Assembly (NCBI RefSeq): GCF_020745735.1
Contig: NC_083414.1
Coordinates: 60,208,013 to 60,272,012, forward strand
DNA from: Hemiscyllium ocellatum
Taxonomy: Eukaryota
Direction of reading: 5' to 3'
DNA: 64,000 bases
Shown: in pieces, positions 1 through 13,065 of the stretch
How the letters are laid out: each line of letters begins with the position of its first letter
How positions within the stretch are numbered: position 1 is the first letter of the stretch
Notes under the pieces: model-generated
The model's database searches: none
What the model was told of the DNA's origin: nothing
What the model saw: the letters and a program-made list of their open reading frames with translations, nothing else
Made by a program: the position numbers and the translations under genes

Positions 1-1270
1 AGATTTGGGAAATATTGTCCTGTCAATTCCATGTTGCTTTTCAAATTTCTTCCTATAGTATTTTTATATAACACTTATTGCTAAAACCTTTATTCCCATT
101 CCTAACAATTTCTGTGTATGATAATTTTGAAGGGGTTAAATATTTGCCTGTTGGACGTTACCTCTGCATTCTGATTTAAATATCCTTGCTTGGAATTTCT
201 GTGGTGGGTCTCTGAATTGTCAGTGGCAGAGCGAGTTCAATGGGCTGAATGGCCTAATTCTGGTCCTATATCTTATGGTCATATAATCTAAGGAATGTTG
301 GGAAGAATCAAGACACACAATTCTAACTTGTAGGTCAGACACAGAAAGATAAGTATAATGTCGCTGTGTGGTATGTCTAGTTAATATATATTTCTCCTCT
401 GCCTTTGAGACTTCTGTACCTGCTGAGAGATGGTGTTAGACAAGCTGAAGTCCCTGCAGCATCTGAGACTTGTTGGAAAAGGCATTTCATGGAATCTGTT
501 TTGTCTCACATAGCTGGAATGTGTGACATATTTCTTCCTGGGACTGTCATTCTCTTCACATCACAATTCACCACCTTCCCCTTAAACTGCTCCGTCTTCA
601 TTGTTTACAGTTTCAAAGCCACTGAATAACCTTACAGCCCTCTGTAAGCCCAACTTCAGTGGTGAACACATGAACAATTTATTTTACATCGGAAGCCTTG
701 GCACTCCAAACTCTCCCAAGAAATTCACACATCAAATTATTTACAACACAAGCAACGCCATGATGTACTGGTGAGCATCTGTCTGTCAAAGCAAAGTGCA
801 TTTGTCAATTTACAAATTGCAAGAGTGCCTCTTTTCTTGCACACAAAATGCCACACAACACAAAACAGAAGAATTAAATTGGAAGTGGACTTGGAAATCA
901 AAAGCCCTGAAGTCCCTTGAAGCGATCCAGCCTAGGTGCCCAATAAAAAGCGTAGAAAAAGATGGAGTTTACCTCTGCCCTGAAGCAGTTCCCATGTCTT
1001 ATCCTCCTTCACATTCACAATAGATAGCCACACAAGAATCATTCACAATATTTTTCAAACCAAACTCTGAAGATATCTCACTTGCAGCCATCATTCTGAT
1101 TATTTTGTGGACTGGCAACAGTTTATGTTCAACCAGCACCTTGTCCCTTCCTGACTTTTCTTTTAAAACTATGCAGTAAAAGCAACAAGGAACTCAAAGT
1201 AAACATTGCAAATAAAAGTGCTTTTGAGTTAAGCTTGTTCCCTTTAAGAGCCTGATTGTCTACTGGATTT

Positions 1271-1492
1271 CGAAATAACTCCACAGAGGCCAGTATCCCA
1301 TCAGTAAATCCCATTTTATTAACACAAGAATAGTACTTGACACTGGTCCAGCTCCCTGAGAGCTAGCTCTTCGAGTGAAGACAACTCCAACACTCCCACT
1401 TACATCTGCCAGCCAGGGGTCCCTGATTGGATCAGATTAACAGCCACATGCAGGGACCTGATATTCTATGAGTTCTGGCTTACCTTGTTACA
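1271..1492 (-). mobile_element. Solo LTR (probably Gypsy-type), inverted relative to the copy at 60069-60279
   Basis: Reverse complement aligns along its length with 60069-60279 (ctcatagaatat...ctgttaa.ctg.tccaatcaggga...gagct.gctct.agggagctgga.cagtgtcaag...aataaa...tgtggagttatttc). Begins TG, ends CG (decayed CA); has CCAAT and AATAAA. Confidence 0.7.
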
Positions 1493-2469
1493 ATCACTAC
1501 AGACTTATCAAAAAATGGATTTTCAAGTGAAAATATTGTATTCCCATCTCAAAAGCCAAGGGGAAAGCACCAGGGTATCCATTCAAATACCTTGCATGCA
1601 TTCTGCACGTTTAATTACATTGCAGGATGAAATGTGCCAAGTTAGTGCAGTACCCAAAATACTGGTGACTTGCAGATCACAGGGAGAACGAATTGGACAT
1701 AAAGCCTTGCTAAAATTTGTCCTCCTGAGACGTCAGTTCCCTGGTGATTGCTGAGTGCTTGTAAAACATCCAACCTTCTTGGAGAAATTGAATGCTCCTT
1801 AGTTCCTATCAGATGTATGCATTACATTTCAAGCTTTTTTATGCTTATGAAGCATCTCCCATGAGCAACGTTTGTCTAGAAGTTGGACCTCTTTTCTTAG
1901 GCATGTTTAAAGTGGGAAAGAGTGCTATTGGCATTACAATGTTGCATATAAGCAGATACATTTACTAATCTTACACCAGGACTGGTGAATTGGCATAGGT
2001 TCTGTGTATTTGAAAATCTGTTAAAAATTGTCAGCAAGCAGATAAATTACAAAGCAAAATACTGCAATTGCTGTTACAGGAAAGCATATTTCTTGCAGAA
2101 CATGCTGCAAGCTCATTTGACAATACTTGCTAATCACACATTCTACATCCTCGTTATTACTCAACAATGAGTTTCCTCCTAAAGTGATCTCATAACAATC
2201 TGTAGCTTTTAGCATGTCTGTGGTGGGAAACCACCACAGTCATCCCCTCCCTTTGAAATGTGGAAAATGCCAGTTCTGGCTCCAGGGAACAGCTCATGGA
2301 TTTTCTTTGCCAGTTGAATATAAAGACTTAGCAAACTGTTGAATAAACAATATTTGAATAGCAAAGGTAGAATTAAGCTCAAAATGCTCTATTATGATGA
2401 ATTTAGATTAATCTTTACAATTAAAGAGTGTACAGTGTAGAGAAAAAAAATGAATTAACTGATATCTGT

Positions 2470-2670
2470 TAATGCTTCATGTGAACATCTTCCTAATCAT
2501 CTTCATTTCAATCTCACAACTTATCCTTCTATTCATTTCTCCCCCGTCTGTTTGTCGAGTTTCCTCTTAAATGCATGAATACTCTTCTACTAATCGCACC
2601 ATGCTGTGGCAAGTTCCAAATTTTCACCGCTCTCTGGTTAACAAAATGTTTATTAACCTTGTTAATAAAT
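2470..2670 (-). mobile_element. Old CR1 3' fragment (continues at ~5700-5830)
   Basis: Resembles the reverse complement of a CR1 3' end (ttcctcttaaatgcat...ttccaaattttcaccgctctctgg). The preceding ORF2 segment reappears at 5700-5830 (ttcataattttaaagacctctat). Confidence 0.5.
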
Positions 2671-2710
2671 GTTATGTAACTTGGTTGGCTGCATGGCTGG
2701 CTTGTGGTGG

Positions 2711-5145
2711 TATGGGAGATTTTGATATTCCCAACATTGACGGGGATTCACTTAGTGTTAGAGGTTTCGATGGAGCAGAATTTGTAACGAGCATCCAAGA
2801 GGGTTTTATAGAACAGTACGTAAATAGTCCACTTGAGAAGGAGCCAGACTGGACCTGAAATTGGTGAATGAGCCTGGCCAAGTGGTTGAAGTTTCAGTAG
2901 GGGATTACTTTGGGAATAGTGATCACAATTCCCTAAGCTTTAGAATACTCAAGGGCAAAGATGAAAGTGGTCCTAAAGGAAGAGAACTAAATTGAGGGAA
3001 GGCCAACTACAGAAAAATTCAGTAGGATCTGAAGAATGTGGATTGGGAGTGGCTGTTTGAGGGCAATCCCTATTTGATATGTGGGAGGCTTTTAAAGAGA
3101 GGTTGATTAGAGTGCAGGACAGACATGTCCCTGTGAAAATGAGGGATAGAAATGGCAAGATTAGGGAACCATGGATGACAGGTGAAATTGTAAGATGAGC
3201 TAAGAGGAAAAGAGAAGCATTAATAAGGTCTAGGCAACTGAAAACAGATGAAGCTTTGGAAGAATATCGAGAAAGTAGGACCAATCTGAAACAAATTATT
3301 AAGAGGGCTAAAAGGGGTCATGAAATATCTTTAGCAAACAGGTTTAAGGTAAATCCCAAAGCTTTGTATTCATATATAAGGGATTAAGAGGGAAACGAGA
3401 GAAAGGGTTGGCCCATTCAAGGACAAAGGAGGAAAGTTATGCGTGGAGTCAAAGAAAATGGGTGAGATTCTTAATGAGTACTTTGCATCGGTATTCACCA
3501 AGGAGAAGGAAATGACGGATTGTGAGGTTAGGGATAGATGTTTGATTACTCTAGGTCAAGTTGACGTAAGGAGGGTGGAAGTGTTGGGTACTCTAAACAG
3601 CATTAAGGTGGACAAGTCCCCAGGTCCAGATGGGATCTATCCCAGTTTACTGAGGGAGGAGAGAGAGGAAATAGCTGGGCCTTAACAATTAGCTTTGCAG
3701 CTTCCTTGACCACGGGTGAGGTACCAGAGGACTGGAGACATGTAAATGTTGTCCCCTTGTTTAAGAGGGATAGAGAGATACCCCAGGTAGTTATAGACCA
3801 GTGAGCCTGATGTCAGTTGTAGGTAAGCTGCTGAAGAAGACACTGAGGGGTAGGATCAATTTATATTTGGAAGAGAATGGGCTTATTAGTGATAGGTAGC
3901 ATGGTCTTGTACAGGGAAGGTCATGTCTTACCATCTTAATAGAATTCTTTGAGGAAGTGACAAAGTTGACTGATGAGGGAAGGACTGTAGACGTCATACA
4001 CATGGACTTCAGTAAGGTATTGATAAGGTTCCTCATGGTAGGCTGATGGTGAAAATGAATTTGTATGGGGTCCAGGGTGTACTAGCTAGATGGATGGAGA
4101 AACTGGCTGGACAGCAGAAGACAGAAAGTAGTAGTAGAAGGGAGTTTCTCAGAATGGAGACCTGTGACCAGTAGTGTTCCACAGGGATCCATGCTGGGAC
4201 CACTGTTGTTTGTGATATACGCAAATGATCTGGAGGAAGGTATAGGAGGTCTGATTAGCAAGTTCGCAGATGACACTAAGATTGGTGGAGTAGCAGACAG
4301 TGAAGGGGACTGTCAGAGAATTCAGCAGAATATAGAGTGATTGGAGGGTTGAGCAGAGAAATGGCAGATGGAGTTCAATCTGGGCAAATGCGAGGTAATG
4401 CATTTTGGAAGATCTAATTCTACAGTGAACTGTACAGTAAGTGGAAAATCTCTAGGGAAAATTAATGTATCAAGAGATCCAGGTGCTCATGTCCATTCTA
4501 CCCTGAAGGTGGCAACACAGATTGATAGAGTGGCCAAGAAGGCATATGGCATGTTTTCCTTCATTGGACAAGGTATTGAGTACAAGAGTTGACAGGTCAT
4601 GTTACAGTTGTACAGGACTTTAGTTTGGCCACATTTGGAATATTGCCTACAGTTCTGATCGCCATATCACCAAAAGGTTGTGGATGCTTTGGACAAGGTA
4701 CAGAGGAGGTTTACCAGGATGTTGCCTGGTATGGAGGGCGTTAGCTATGAAGAGATATTGAGAAGATTAGGATTATTTACATTTAAAAGACTGAGGTTGG
4801 GGGGGGCTTGATTGAGGTCCACAAAATCATGAGAGGTATCGACAGGGTGAATAGCAAAAAGCTTTTTCCCAGAGTGAGGGATTCAATTATGAGGGGTCAC
4901 AAGGTGAGAGAGGAAAGCTTTAAAGGAAATATGTGTGAAAAGTTCTTTATGCAGAGAGTGTGGGCACCTCGAATGCGTTGCCAACAGGAGTGGTAGAGGT
5001 GGGCATGATAGTGTCCTTTAAGATGTATCTAGACAGATTCATGAAAAGGTAGGGAACAGAGAGATACAGATCCTTGGAAAATAGGCAGCATTGGGATCAA
5101 CGCAGGCTTGTAGGGCCGAAGGGCCTATTCCTGTGCTGTTCTTTG
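2711..5145 (+). mobile_element. CR1/HER1-type LINE, 5'-truncated, ORF2 pseudogene (endonuclease C-end + RT + 3' UTR)
   Basis: Fragmented ORF2 motifs: [75 protein letters not shown]. Tail ggccgaagggcctattcctgtgctg. Many stops and frameshifts. Confidence 0.93.
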
Positions 5146-5310
5146 TTGTGATGCTAACAGAACAGGCTCAATTTCTGTTACCATGAAAGATACTCTTTCT
5201 CAACTCCTTCCCCTCACCTGAGGTGTGGTGACCCTCAGGTGAAACCACCACTACTTGTTTCTCTTTAATGTGAGAGCAGACCTATGGTCCGGTAAGACTG
5301 TGGTAGCTCT
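5146..5310 (+). mobile_element. tRNA-headed SINE (family B), 3' part; its 5' head is at ~2676-2710
   Basis: cccctcacctgaggtgtggtgaccctcaggtgaaaccaccac...gagagcagacctatggtc matches the inverted copies at 47765-48060 and 49598-49781. Confidence 0.65.
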
Positions 5311-5334
5311 ATTTTTGCCAGTGACTGTCTTATA

Positions 5335-5700
5335 TTTATCACAATCCAAGCTTTATTATCACATAGTCTGTTAACATACACAACCCATTGCTACCCACTA
5401 ATAGTCCCTCCTGATAGCTATTCATTCTCCCAAGCTGACCATTATCCACTTCTTTGACTGTCCAACTGTTCTTCTCTCTCATTGCGCTCGATCTCCATCT
5501 ATTATTTACTTCTTACCTTCTACCCCCCCCCACCCTAATGTCGGCCTGAAACTCAACCTTTTCCAAGCTACCATCAGTTCTGACAAAGGGTCACTGGACT
5601 GAAATGTTAACTGATTTCTCTCCACAGATGCAACCTGCTGAGCATTTCCAGCCATTTCTGTTTTTGTGTCTGATTGCCAGCGTCCACAGTTCTTTCAGTT
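5335..5700 (+). mobile_element. Penelope-like element 3' end (family B) with decayed hammerhead at 5576-5612
   Basis: Homologous to 21100-21420 (-). Motif agttCTGACAAAGGGTCACTGGACTGAAATGTTaact. Confidence 0.7.
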
Positions 5701-6819
5701 TTCACATTTATTGACCCTAGTTCTGGTCCCCAGAGGTGGATATATTTTCTTTACGTATGCAACATCAAATTCTTTCATAATTTTAAAGACCTCTATCTGG
5801 TCAGTCTTCTCTTTTCAGAGATCAGACAATTTTCACTTCCCTTGAAAGTGTGAAGCCTCAGTCTGTAGAGTTCAGAATTCCAGTTGAACTAAAATTACAA
5901 AGGAACCCATAACTTTTAAGTCATTGCAAAACATCACAAGAAAATACTGCCAATCATCTGAGATCAAAAATGTTATATCATGGGACGTGGGCATTGTATA
6001 TGTATTAAGCTACTTACCACATATTCTGAGAGGCTCAGATCTACCCAGAATCTTGAATAATTAACATTCTGAATAACTCCAGTCTGAAGACCTGCCTGAC
6101 AATCCAATGTGCTTTGCCGTTGACAACATCATTCCAGTTGCTGGGTTGGAACTTAATAATGAGGAACAACACCCAGTTTTAACTCCTGAAAACACAATTG
6201 CCTGCAGTTACCTTGTGTCAGTATTCTAACAGAGGTGTTTGAAATAAGGAAAAGTGAAGGTCAGAAAAATGTAATAGTCTGTAGGAAAGACAGACCTTTG
6301 CCATTATTTCAAAAATTTACTATTGTGAAAGGCTCACAGTACAGCCACTGGAGTAATTGGAAGTGACAGATTCAGTAGAACAGAACAGCTTCAACCCTGA
6401 TTGCAAAGGAGCAATGTTATCAAATTGGAAGGTTTTTACATGTCCAGGTTCAACAGCTGATGATGTTCTGTAAGACAAGATGTGGAAGAAATTACACCAA
6501 ACGTGATGCATTGATTCAACCATTTGATAAGCATTTGAGCCCGACAAGAATTTCAGTGGTAGAATGGATAAGATTTAATCAGTGTTCACAATCTTTGGAA
6601 GAAATAAGCCATTTTAGTGAATTATATATATTTAGTTAGCATCAGTCTTTTCAAACTTTTTCTCACTAATTGGTGACTTCAAATTGTCATGACACCATTA
6701 TTGACAGAATTATGAGAATGTAGACTGTTAAAGAGGGAACATGGCTTTTCTATCTTGGCCAGAGATCCATGGTGGTCATTACACCTTGTGACCACAAAAT
6801 TTTTGTTTGCAACCACACC

Positions 6820-7385
6820 AGATTGGAACACAGCTGGCGTATTGTGTGCAATTCTGGTCACCACTTTACAGGAAGATTGTACTCGCTTCTGTAGAGAGCG
6901 CAGGGAAGATTTTCTCAACTGTTGCCAGGGCTGGAGGACACAAGGAGAAATTGGAGAGATTGGGGTTGTTTTCCTTGGAATAGAGAAGGCTGAGGGGTGA
7001 CATGATTGAGGTATACAACATTTTGAGGCGTGGAGACAGAGAAGACAGGAGCAACCTGTTTCCCTTCACAGAGAGTTCAAAAGCCAGGGATCATAAATTC
7101 CAGCTGAATGGCAGCAGGATTACAGGGGATGTGAGGAACAGGACTTTTTGAGGGGGCATGAGAAAGAATCTTTTCATGGAGAGGATGGTGGGTGCTGGCT
7201 GATTTGTTGACGGTGGAAGAGACCCTAATCTCTTTTAGAAAGTAGCTGGACCTGCCCTTTAAGTAGAGTACATTGCAGGGCTATGGGCAGTGTGGAGCAA
7301 AGTGGGATTGGAAAGGACACCTGGGTATTGACAGACTGGACCAGATGACCTCCTTCTGTGCTGTATCATTTCTACGGTTCTATGG
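6820..7385 (+). mobile_element. CR1 LINE 3' fragment
   Basis: tattgtgtgcaattctggtcacc...aggctgaggggtgacatgattgaggtatacaa (YCVQFWSP, RLRGDMIEVY), followed by a CR1-type tail. Confidence 0.8.
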
Positions 7386-7479
7386 GTCCCGAACACAACT
7401 TTGGGTAGCCCTGGTCTAGCAAGATGCTGTGGGCATGCAACTTTGAAAGGTGAATGACTTAGAGATAGCATTGTATTCT

Positions 7480-10150
7480 GAATCGCTGGACCTTCTTCAA
7501 TCCAAGGAGGAACCAACAATGGAAGATGAAATCCAATTCGGTGTGCAAGCAGAAGTCAAGACTCAAAATTGGTCAGTACTACAGGAAAGCATCAGGGACT
7601 CTTTTGGCTTGGTCAGATGACTCGGTCACATATGCCACTGTCATTGTTCCCCACAGCCCACCAATTTGTGAAAAAGGTGGGAACCAGCATCTTCAACCAT
7701 ATTAGATTATGCAAGATGTGGTGCCAAACAGAAGCACAACATATGTCCGGGATAGGTCAGATGAGTGCTATAGATGACATGGCAATTTGGAACACTTTAG
7801 AGAACACATTGTAAGTTCACCACACCATCATCACCTCGAAAACAAAGGAGACTTTTTGCAAATGGAAACATGCCAGAAATTTGAAAATCATGCAACAAGG
7901 AACAAGTTCAAGATGTTAAAGATACAGAACTAAAAGTGAAGGCAGAAGTCCTAGGTAAGGTCAGGGAAAATGAAAACTGATTCTTGACCATCAATCAGAA
8001 CAAGCAAAGGGTTGGATCAGAATTTAAATTCAGCTCAAGAGCAGTTCTTTCAATACCGCCAGACAGCTTGATGTCTCTGTGAGTCACCAGCGAACATAAA
8101 GCTCCAAGGTTAAAGACTCACAGATCTTCAGATGTGTAGGCAAATCCCTGTGAAGTTTAACATCATACAGGATGAAATATGAGAGAAACATTACGTATAT
8201 TGGAGGAATCAGAACATCTCATTGTTAAGCTGAGACGCAAGATTTGTCAAGGTCTCTAAGAAGCAGAGGAAACAGCACTTCAGGATGGAATATAGGCAAC
8301 GACTATATCCGAACTCTTTCAAGATTTATAGAAACTGAAGCAGGAGTATCACATTACTCTGCAAAATGATGCCAAACCCAGATGCTTCTCTGGAAAACCC
8401 TTAAACCATTGAAGGGAAAAGTAAGATTTCAGTTAGATAGCATATCATCAGTGATAGAGTCGGCAAAAGGATGAAGGATTAACAAGGATCAACACTCAGG
8501 ATTAATAACTGTTCCTGAGATAAAAGGATAACTGTTATTGTGTGGGGTTATCATTCAGTTAAACAAAGGAATAAGAAGACATGATCATTGAATTCCAGCT
8601 CTCAGTGACATGTTGAAAAATTGGCAATAGGTACGATTTTTCGCAAAGCTGGATGTTAACTGTGGACTCTGGAAGATCCCTATGGATGTGTGCCCAGATT
8701 GCTGACTACATTTATTGCGCCATTTGAAAAGTATTGCTTCAACCATCTGCCATTTGCATAAAGCCAATTCCCAAAGAGCAATTTCCAGAATCTTAAAGAG
8801 GAACAGGAGCCATTTGCCATATAGATGAAATTCTCGTGCAAAATGGAACTCAGAAGGATCATGACCAGTGTGCCAGCGATATGTTAAAGGCACCACATAA
8901 TACAGGTATTATACCTAATAGAGAAATGACATAATCCAAAAATGATGTGGATCCAAGGAAGGCAAGAGCAGTCAGAGAATTTCTGGCACCAACGTGTGTA
9001 AATGGTGCATAATATTCATCAAGTAAGAACGCTTATTCGTAATTTAGTCAGTCTTATTCGAACCGTAGAAGAAAGCTTTGTAAAAAGGATAGCAGTGATG
9101 GAGTCTACAGCAGATTGTAGCTTTAATTGTGGCATATTAAACAGAACTTACTTTCGTTGAAGTTTTAGCACTTTACAACTCAAGCTTATTTACTGTAATA
9201 GCCATAGTTGCATCATCTAGAGAACTAGGACCAGTCCTTATTCATGTGCAAAATGGCAGAACATGAAACTATCTCTATTTTGCTTTGAAAGTTTTGGCAG
9301 AGGCTGATGAGAGGTATACAACCATTCAGAAGGAAGTTAAGAGTGTGGTGCTGGAAAATTCCTGATGAAGGCTTTTGCCTGAAATATTGATTTTCCTGGT
9401 CCTTCAATGCTACCTGACCTGCTGTGCTTTTCCAGTTCCACACTCTTGACTCTGATCTCCACCATTTGCAGTCCTCCCTTTTGTTATATAGAAGGAAGTG
9501 TCAGGGATTACAAGGGGATGTGAAATGTTCACAGACTACCCAGCAGCAGTGAAATTTTACATTCAAACAGATTACAAACCTTTGACTTCATTATTTGAAA
9601 CAAAGAAATCACAAAAATGCTTCCACATGTTCAAAGATTCAGGCTTAGGCAGATGGGCTATGACTATACTTTAGTTCATCATTCAGGCAAAGGGCAATAA
9701 TGAAGGACAACAGCGGATCAAGCAGAAAAAAATCTTATTCTTGTGGAAAAAACTTAATCTTATTCTGTGGTTAGAAACAAAGTTTTACAGGCAACTGAGG
9801 GAAAACTCAAGACAAGCCTCTGCTGCTCAGAAATCTGATAAGGTGTGCATAGAGCAGACACCACTATCTGCAAAGCTGATCAAAACATAGTCTCACAAAC
9901 CAAGTGCTGAAGAGGTACTACAAGCAGACAGAAGCATGATAATAGTGGAAGATTTATTGGTATATGACCATGATCGTGCTAAAAATGATGCAAATATGAA
10001 TTCCACAGAAACACTGTGGAGGACATCTAACTGTGATAAAGTGCAGAGCAAGAGCATTGCAATCTGTGTGGTGGCCAGGTATTTTGAAAGACCTTAAAGA
10101 ATACATTTTGTCAAACGTAAATCATACACAACAAAGTGCCAACATGGTCA
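7480..10150 (+). mobile_element. Decayed Ty3/Gypsy LTR retrotransposon pol (RT, RNase H, integrase Zn finger)
   Basis: 8639-8757 F(A)KLDVNCGLWKIP...LTTFIAPFEKYCFNHLPF (RT); ~9200-9590 VASSRELGPVL, RYTTIQKEVSGITRGCEMFTDY, FYIQTDYKPL (RNase H); 10012-10090 HCGGHL..IKCRARALQSVWWPG (integrase HHCC). 5' boundary uncertain. Confidence 0.85.
9338..9489 (+). mobile_element. Penelope-derived hammerhead mini-element (family A) with short inverted arm, inserted in Gypsy RNase H
   Basis: attcCTGATGAAGGCTTTTGCCTGAAATATTgat core at ~9358-9392. Perfect 10-bp TSD AGAAGGAAGT at 9328-9337 and 9490-9499. Confidence 0.85.
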
Positions 10151-10254
10151 ATTACAGAGGGACCTTAATTTATGAACATCCTACTTCGAATATTCATACT
10201 TGTGTCTTCTCATATATGAACATTCCCTTCCCAGCAGTTATTTGTATTGATTGA

Positions 10255-10612
10255 TTGACTGAGTTATTGTCATGTGTACCTCAGCAGAGTGAAAAGCTAT
10301 GTTTACGAGCAGTACAAGCAGATCATCGTTAGCAAGGATGTACAGATCAGAGGTTGTAAAAAGACTGAGACTGAGGCGTGCAGGTTACATTGTACAGGGC
10401 GTGTGTAGGCAAGATCAGCGCCAGTAAGGTTAGCAATTTTTGAGGCTAGAGCGTGCTCTCATCATTCTAATAACGGTCAGGAAGAAGCTGTTCCTGAACC
10501 TGCTGGTGTATGTGTTCAGGCTTTTGAATCTTCAGCCTGACCGAGAAGGTTATAGGCGATCATTACCTGGGTGCGAGTGGTCCTGATGATATTGGCAGCT
10601 TTTCTGCAATGA
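10255..10612 (-). mobile_element. Rex1/Babar LINE 3' end
   Basis: Minus strand reads RKAANII..HSHPGND...RFKSLNTYTSRFRNSFFL (Rex1 RT C-terminus), then tail cttttcactc...gtacacatgacaataa. Confidence 0.75.
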
Positions 10613-11770
10613 AAGGGGGCCAGCGGCAGTGAGGAGATTCTTCCAGTGATAGGGGGGCCAGCGGCAGTGAGGAGATCCTCCCAGTGATAGGGGGGCCAGC
10701 AGCAGTGAGGAGATTCTCCCAATGATAGGGGGGCCAGCAGCAGTGAGGAGATCCTCCCAGTGATAGGGGGTTCAGCAGCAGTGAGGAGATCCTCCCAGTG
10801 ATAGGGGGGCCAGCAGCAGTGAGGAGATCCTCCCAGTGATAGGGGGGCCAGCAGCAGTGAGGAGATCCTCCCAGTGATAGGGGGGCCAGCAGCAGTGAGG
10901 AGATCCTCCCAGTGATAGGGGGGCCAGCAGCAGTGAGGAGATCCTCCCAGTGATAGGGGGGTCAGCAGCAGTGAGGAGATCCTCCCGGTGATAGGGGGGC
11001 CAATGGCAGTGAGGAGATTCTCCCAGTGATAGGGGGGCCAATGGCAGTGAGGAGATTCTCCCAGTGATAGGGGGGTCAGCAGCAGTGAGGAGACCCTCCC
11101 AGTGATAGGGGGGCCAGCAGCAGTGAGGAGATTCTCCCAGTGATAGGGGGGCCAGCAGCAGTGAGGAGATCCTCCCAGTGATAGGGGGGTCAGCAGCAGT
11201 GAGGAGATCCTCCCAGTGATAGGGGGGCCAGCAGCAGTGAGGAGATCCTCCCAGTGATAGGGGGGGCCAATGGCAGTGAGGAGATCCTCCCAGTGATAGG
11301 GGGGTCAGCAGCAGTGAGGAGATCCTCCCAGTGATAGGGGGGTCAGCAGCAGTGAGGAGATCCTCCCAATGATAGGGGGGTCAGCAGCTGTGAGGAGATC
11401 CTCCCAGTGATAGGGGGGCCAGCAGCAGTGAGGAGATTCTCCCGGTGATAGGGGGGCCAGCAGCAGTGAGGAGATCCTCCCAGTGATAGGGGGGCCAGCA
11501 GCAGTGAGGAGATCCTCCCAGTGATAGGGGGGCCAGCAGCAGTGAGGAGATTCTCCCAGTGATAGGGGGGCCAGCAGCAGTGAGGGGATTCTCCCAGTGA
11601 TAGGGGGGCCAGCAGCAGTGAGGAGATTCTCCCGGTGATAGGGGGGCCAATGGCAGTGAGGAAATTCTCCTAGTGATATGAGGGTCAGCGGCAGTAAGGA
11701 GATTCTCCCGGTGATAGGAGGGCCAGCACAATGAGGACACTCTCCAGACAATAGGAGGGCCAATGGCAGG
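10612..11770. repeat. 38-bp G-rich minisatellite, about 30 copies
   Basis: Unit CAGCAGCAGTGAGGAGATCCTCCCAGTGATAGGGGGGC; period 38 confirmed (10811 to 10849). Interspersed variant units; decays at the right edge. Confidence 0.97.
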
Positions 11771-12320
11771 CAAGTGCCTAATCCTGCCATTCGGAGCCAT
11801 CAGAGGCAGCAATAAAGCTCCTCTAGCAATTAGGGACTGTGACACCGGTGACTCCTCGAGGTGGTGGCACCAACAAAGCCATGCCTGCAGCCAAAACGGG
11901 GACTTGTGGTCTGGTGGTGGCCTGTCTCATCAGCAGAGCCAAGGACTCTTTGTTGTGGGATGTGTGTGGCTTCAGCAGCATCAGCAAAGTGGGCCCAAAG
12001 GTAAAGAGATGGCACCGAAAGTGGGGCAACTGCTATGTTGGTGAGTCCAGTGCAGGCGGTAAAGAGGTGGTGGAAGTCTCACTTGTGACTACGTGCTGGC
12101 ATGGACTGGGTTGGAAAGACTGATAGTCTGAACTTTTTTCTTTCTCATTTGTCTCACTTATTCCTATGACCTATAATGCTGGACTAGTTATTTCTTTACT
12201 TCTTTAACTTGTGTTTTGCTTCCTAAGTATTTGATGGTAAGTATCCCAGATACCTTTGTACCTAGGATGGTGCTGTAATGTGGTGACTGTAAACTTCTCA
12301 CTCTTTTGAGTACAAGCGAT
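11770..12320 (+). mobile_element. Non-coding retroposon with Rex1-like 3' tail
   Basis: GC-rich 5' part, T-rich middle, end tttgtacctaggatggtg...cttctcactc..ttgagtacaagcga. The same end is seen at 16062-16155, 59980-60062 and 49830-49910 (-). Confidence 0.55.
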
Positions 12321-12613
12321 TTCAACTGGAATGGAATGCATGTTGCAACACTGGGAAGGCCTGTACGATATCAGAGGTGTGGGACAACAATTCCAGACAG
12401 AGCACCAAACCACCAACCATCCGAGTTCCAGATGTTCTCACCCTGTAAGGCTCAGCCTTTGAGAGATGGGAAGGTGATAATGATGATAATAATGGTGTTA
12501 ATGATTACAGCGATTATGTAAGTCACAGTAAGCTACTGGAAGAATATTGACAGAAACTTGGGGTGAAATATCACCTGTGGATGTAACTGTATCCCCTACA
12601 AAGAAGCTGTATC

Positions 12614-12786
12614 CAGAGGAACCTCAATTATCGAAAGGACATGAACAGGGAGTACTTCGTTCAGTTAATTGAATTCTGAATAATCGTATGCTAGATAATA
12701 TGGTTTAGACAAGCATTGGGACCCTGCGATCTTGCCGGATAATCCAAAATTCAGATAATCAAATGCCGGATATTGAGGTTCCTCTG
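12614..12786. mobile_element. Tigger/pogo-like MITE
   Basis: Perfect 15-bp TIR CAGAGGAACCTCAAT / ATTGAGGTTCCTCTG. TA follows the right TIR; left flank is TC (decayed). Confidence 0.75.
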
Positions 12787-13065
12787 TAGTCCTCTTGCTT
12801 GTCTTATAAACCAACTAAAAATTTTAGCACTTCTAACACTGTCTGTCTCCTTCCCATGCCCACTGGCTTTCAGCTCCTTTAAATAATCTTTGTGAACTCT
12901 TGTATAGTGACACTCAAGCTCTCTTAAGTGGTCCACTAAACTCTTGCATTGAGTGCTGTTGTTGGTCTGAATTGAATATTTCCATTTAGCTATGTTTAGA
13001 ACTGAATGTCACACTCACAGTGAGTGCCTGTTTCTTTGATATACAGTAAATGGATGTTACTTCTC

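Noticed and set aside
10612-11770. CRISPR-like array or tetO-like operator array (CAGTGATAG)
   Set aside because: Head-to-tail tandem units with no unique spacers and no cas genes, in a vertebrate context. The tetO similarity is a 9-bp coincidence.
10516-11845. Repetitive Pro/Leu-rich ORFs on the minus strand
   Set aside because: Translations of the 38-bp repeat cycling through frames.
12366-12610. Polypurine tract (gagagatgggaagg) + TG start of the Gypsy 3' LTR
   Set aside because: No matching 5' LTR found upstream of 7480.
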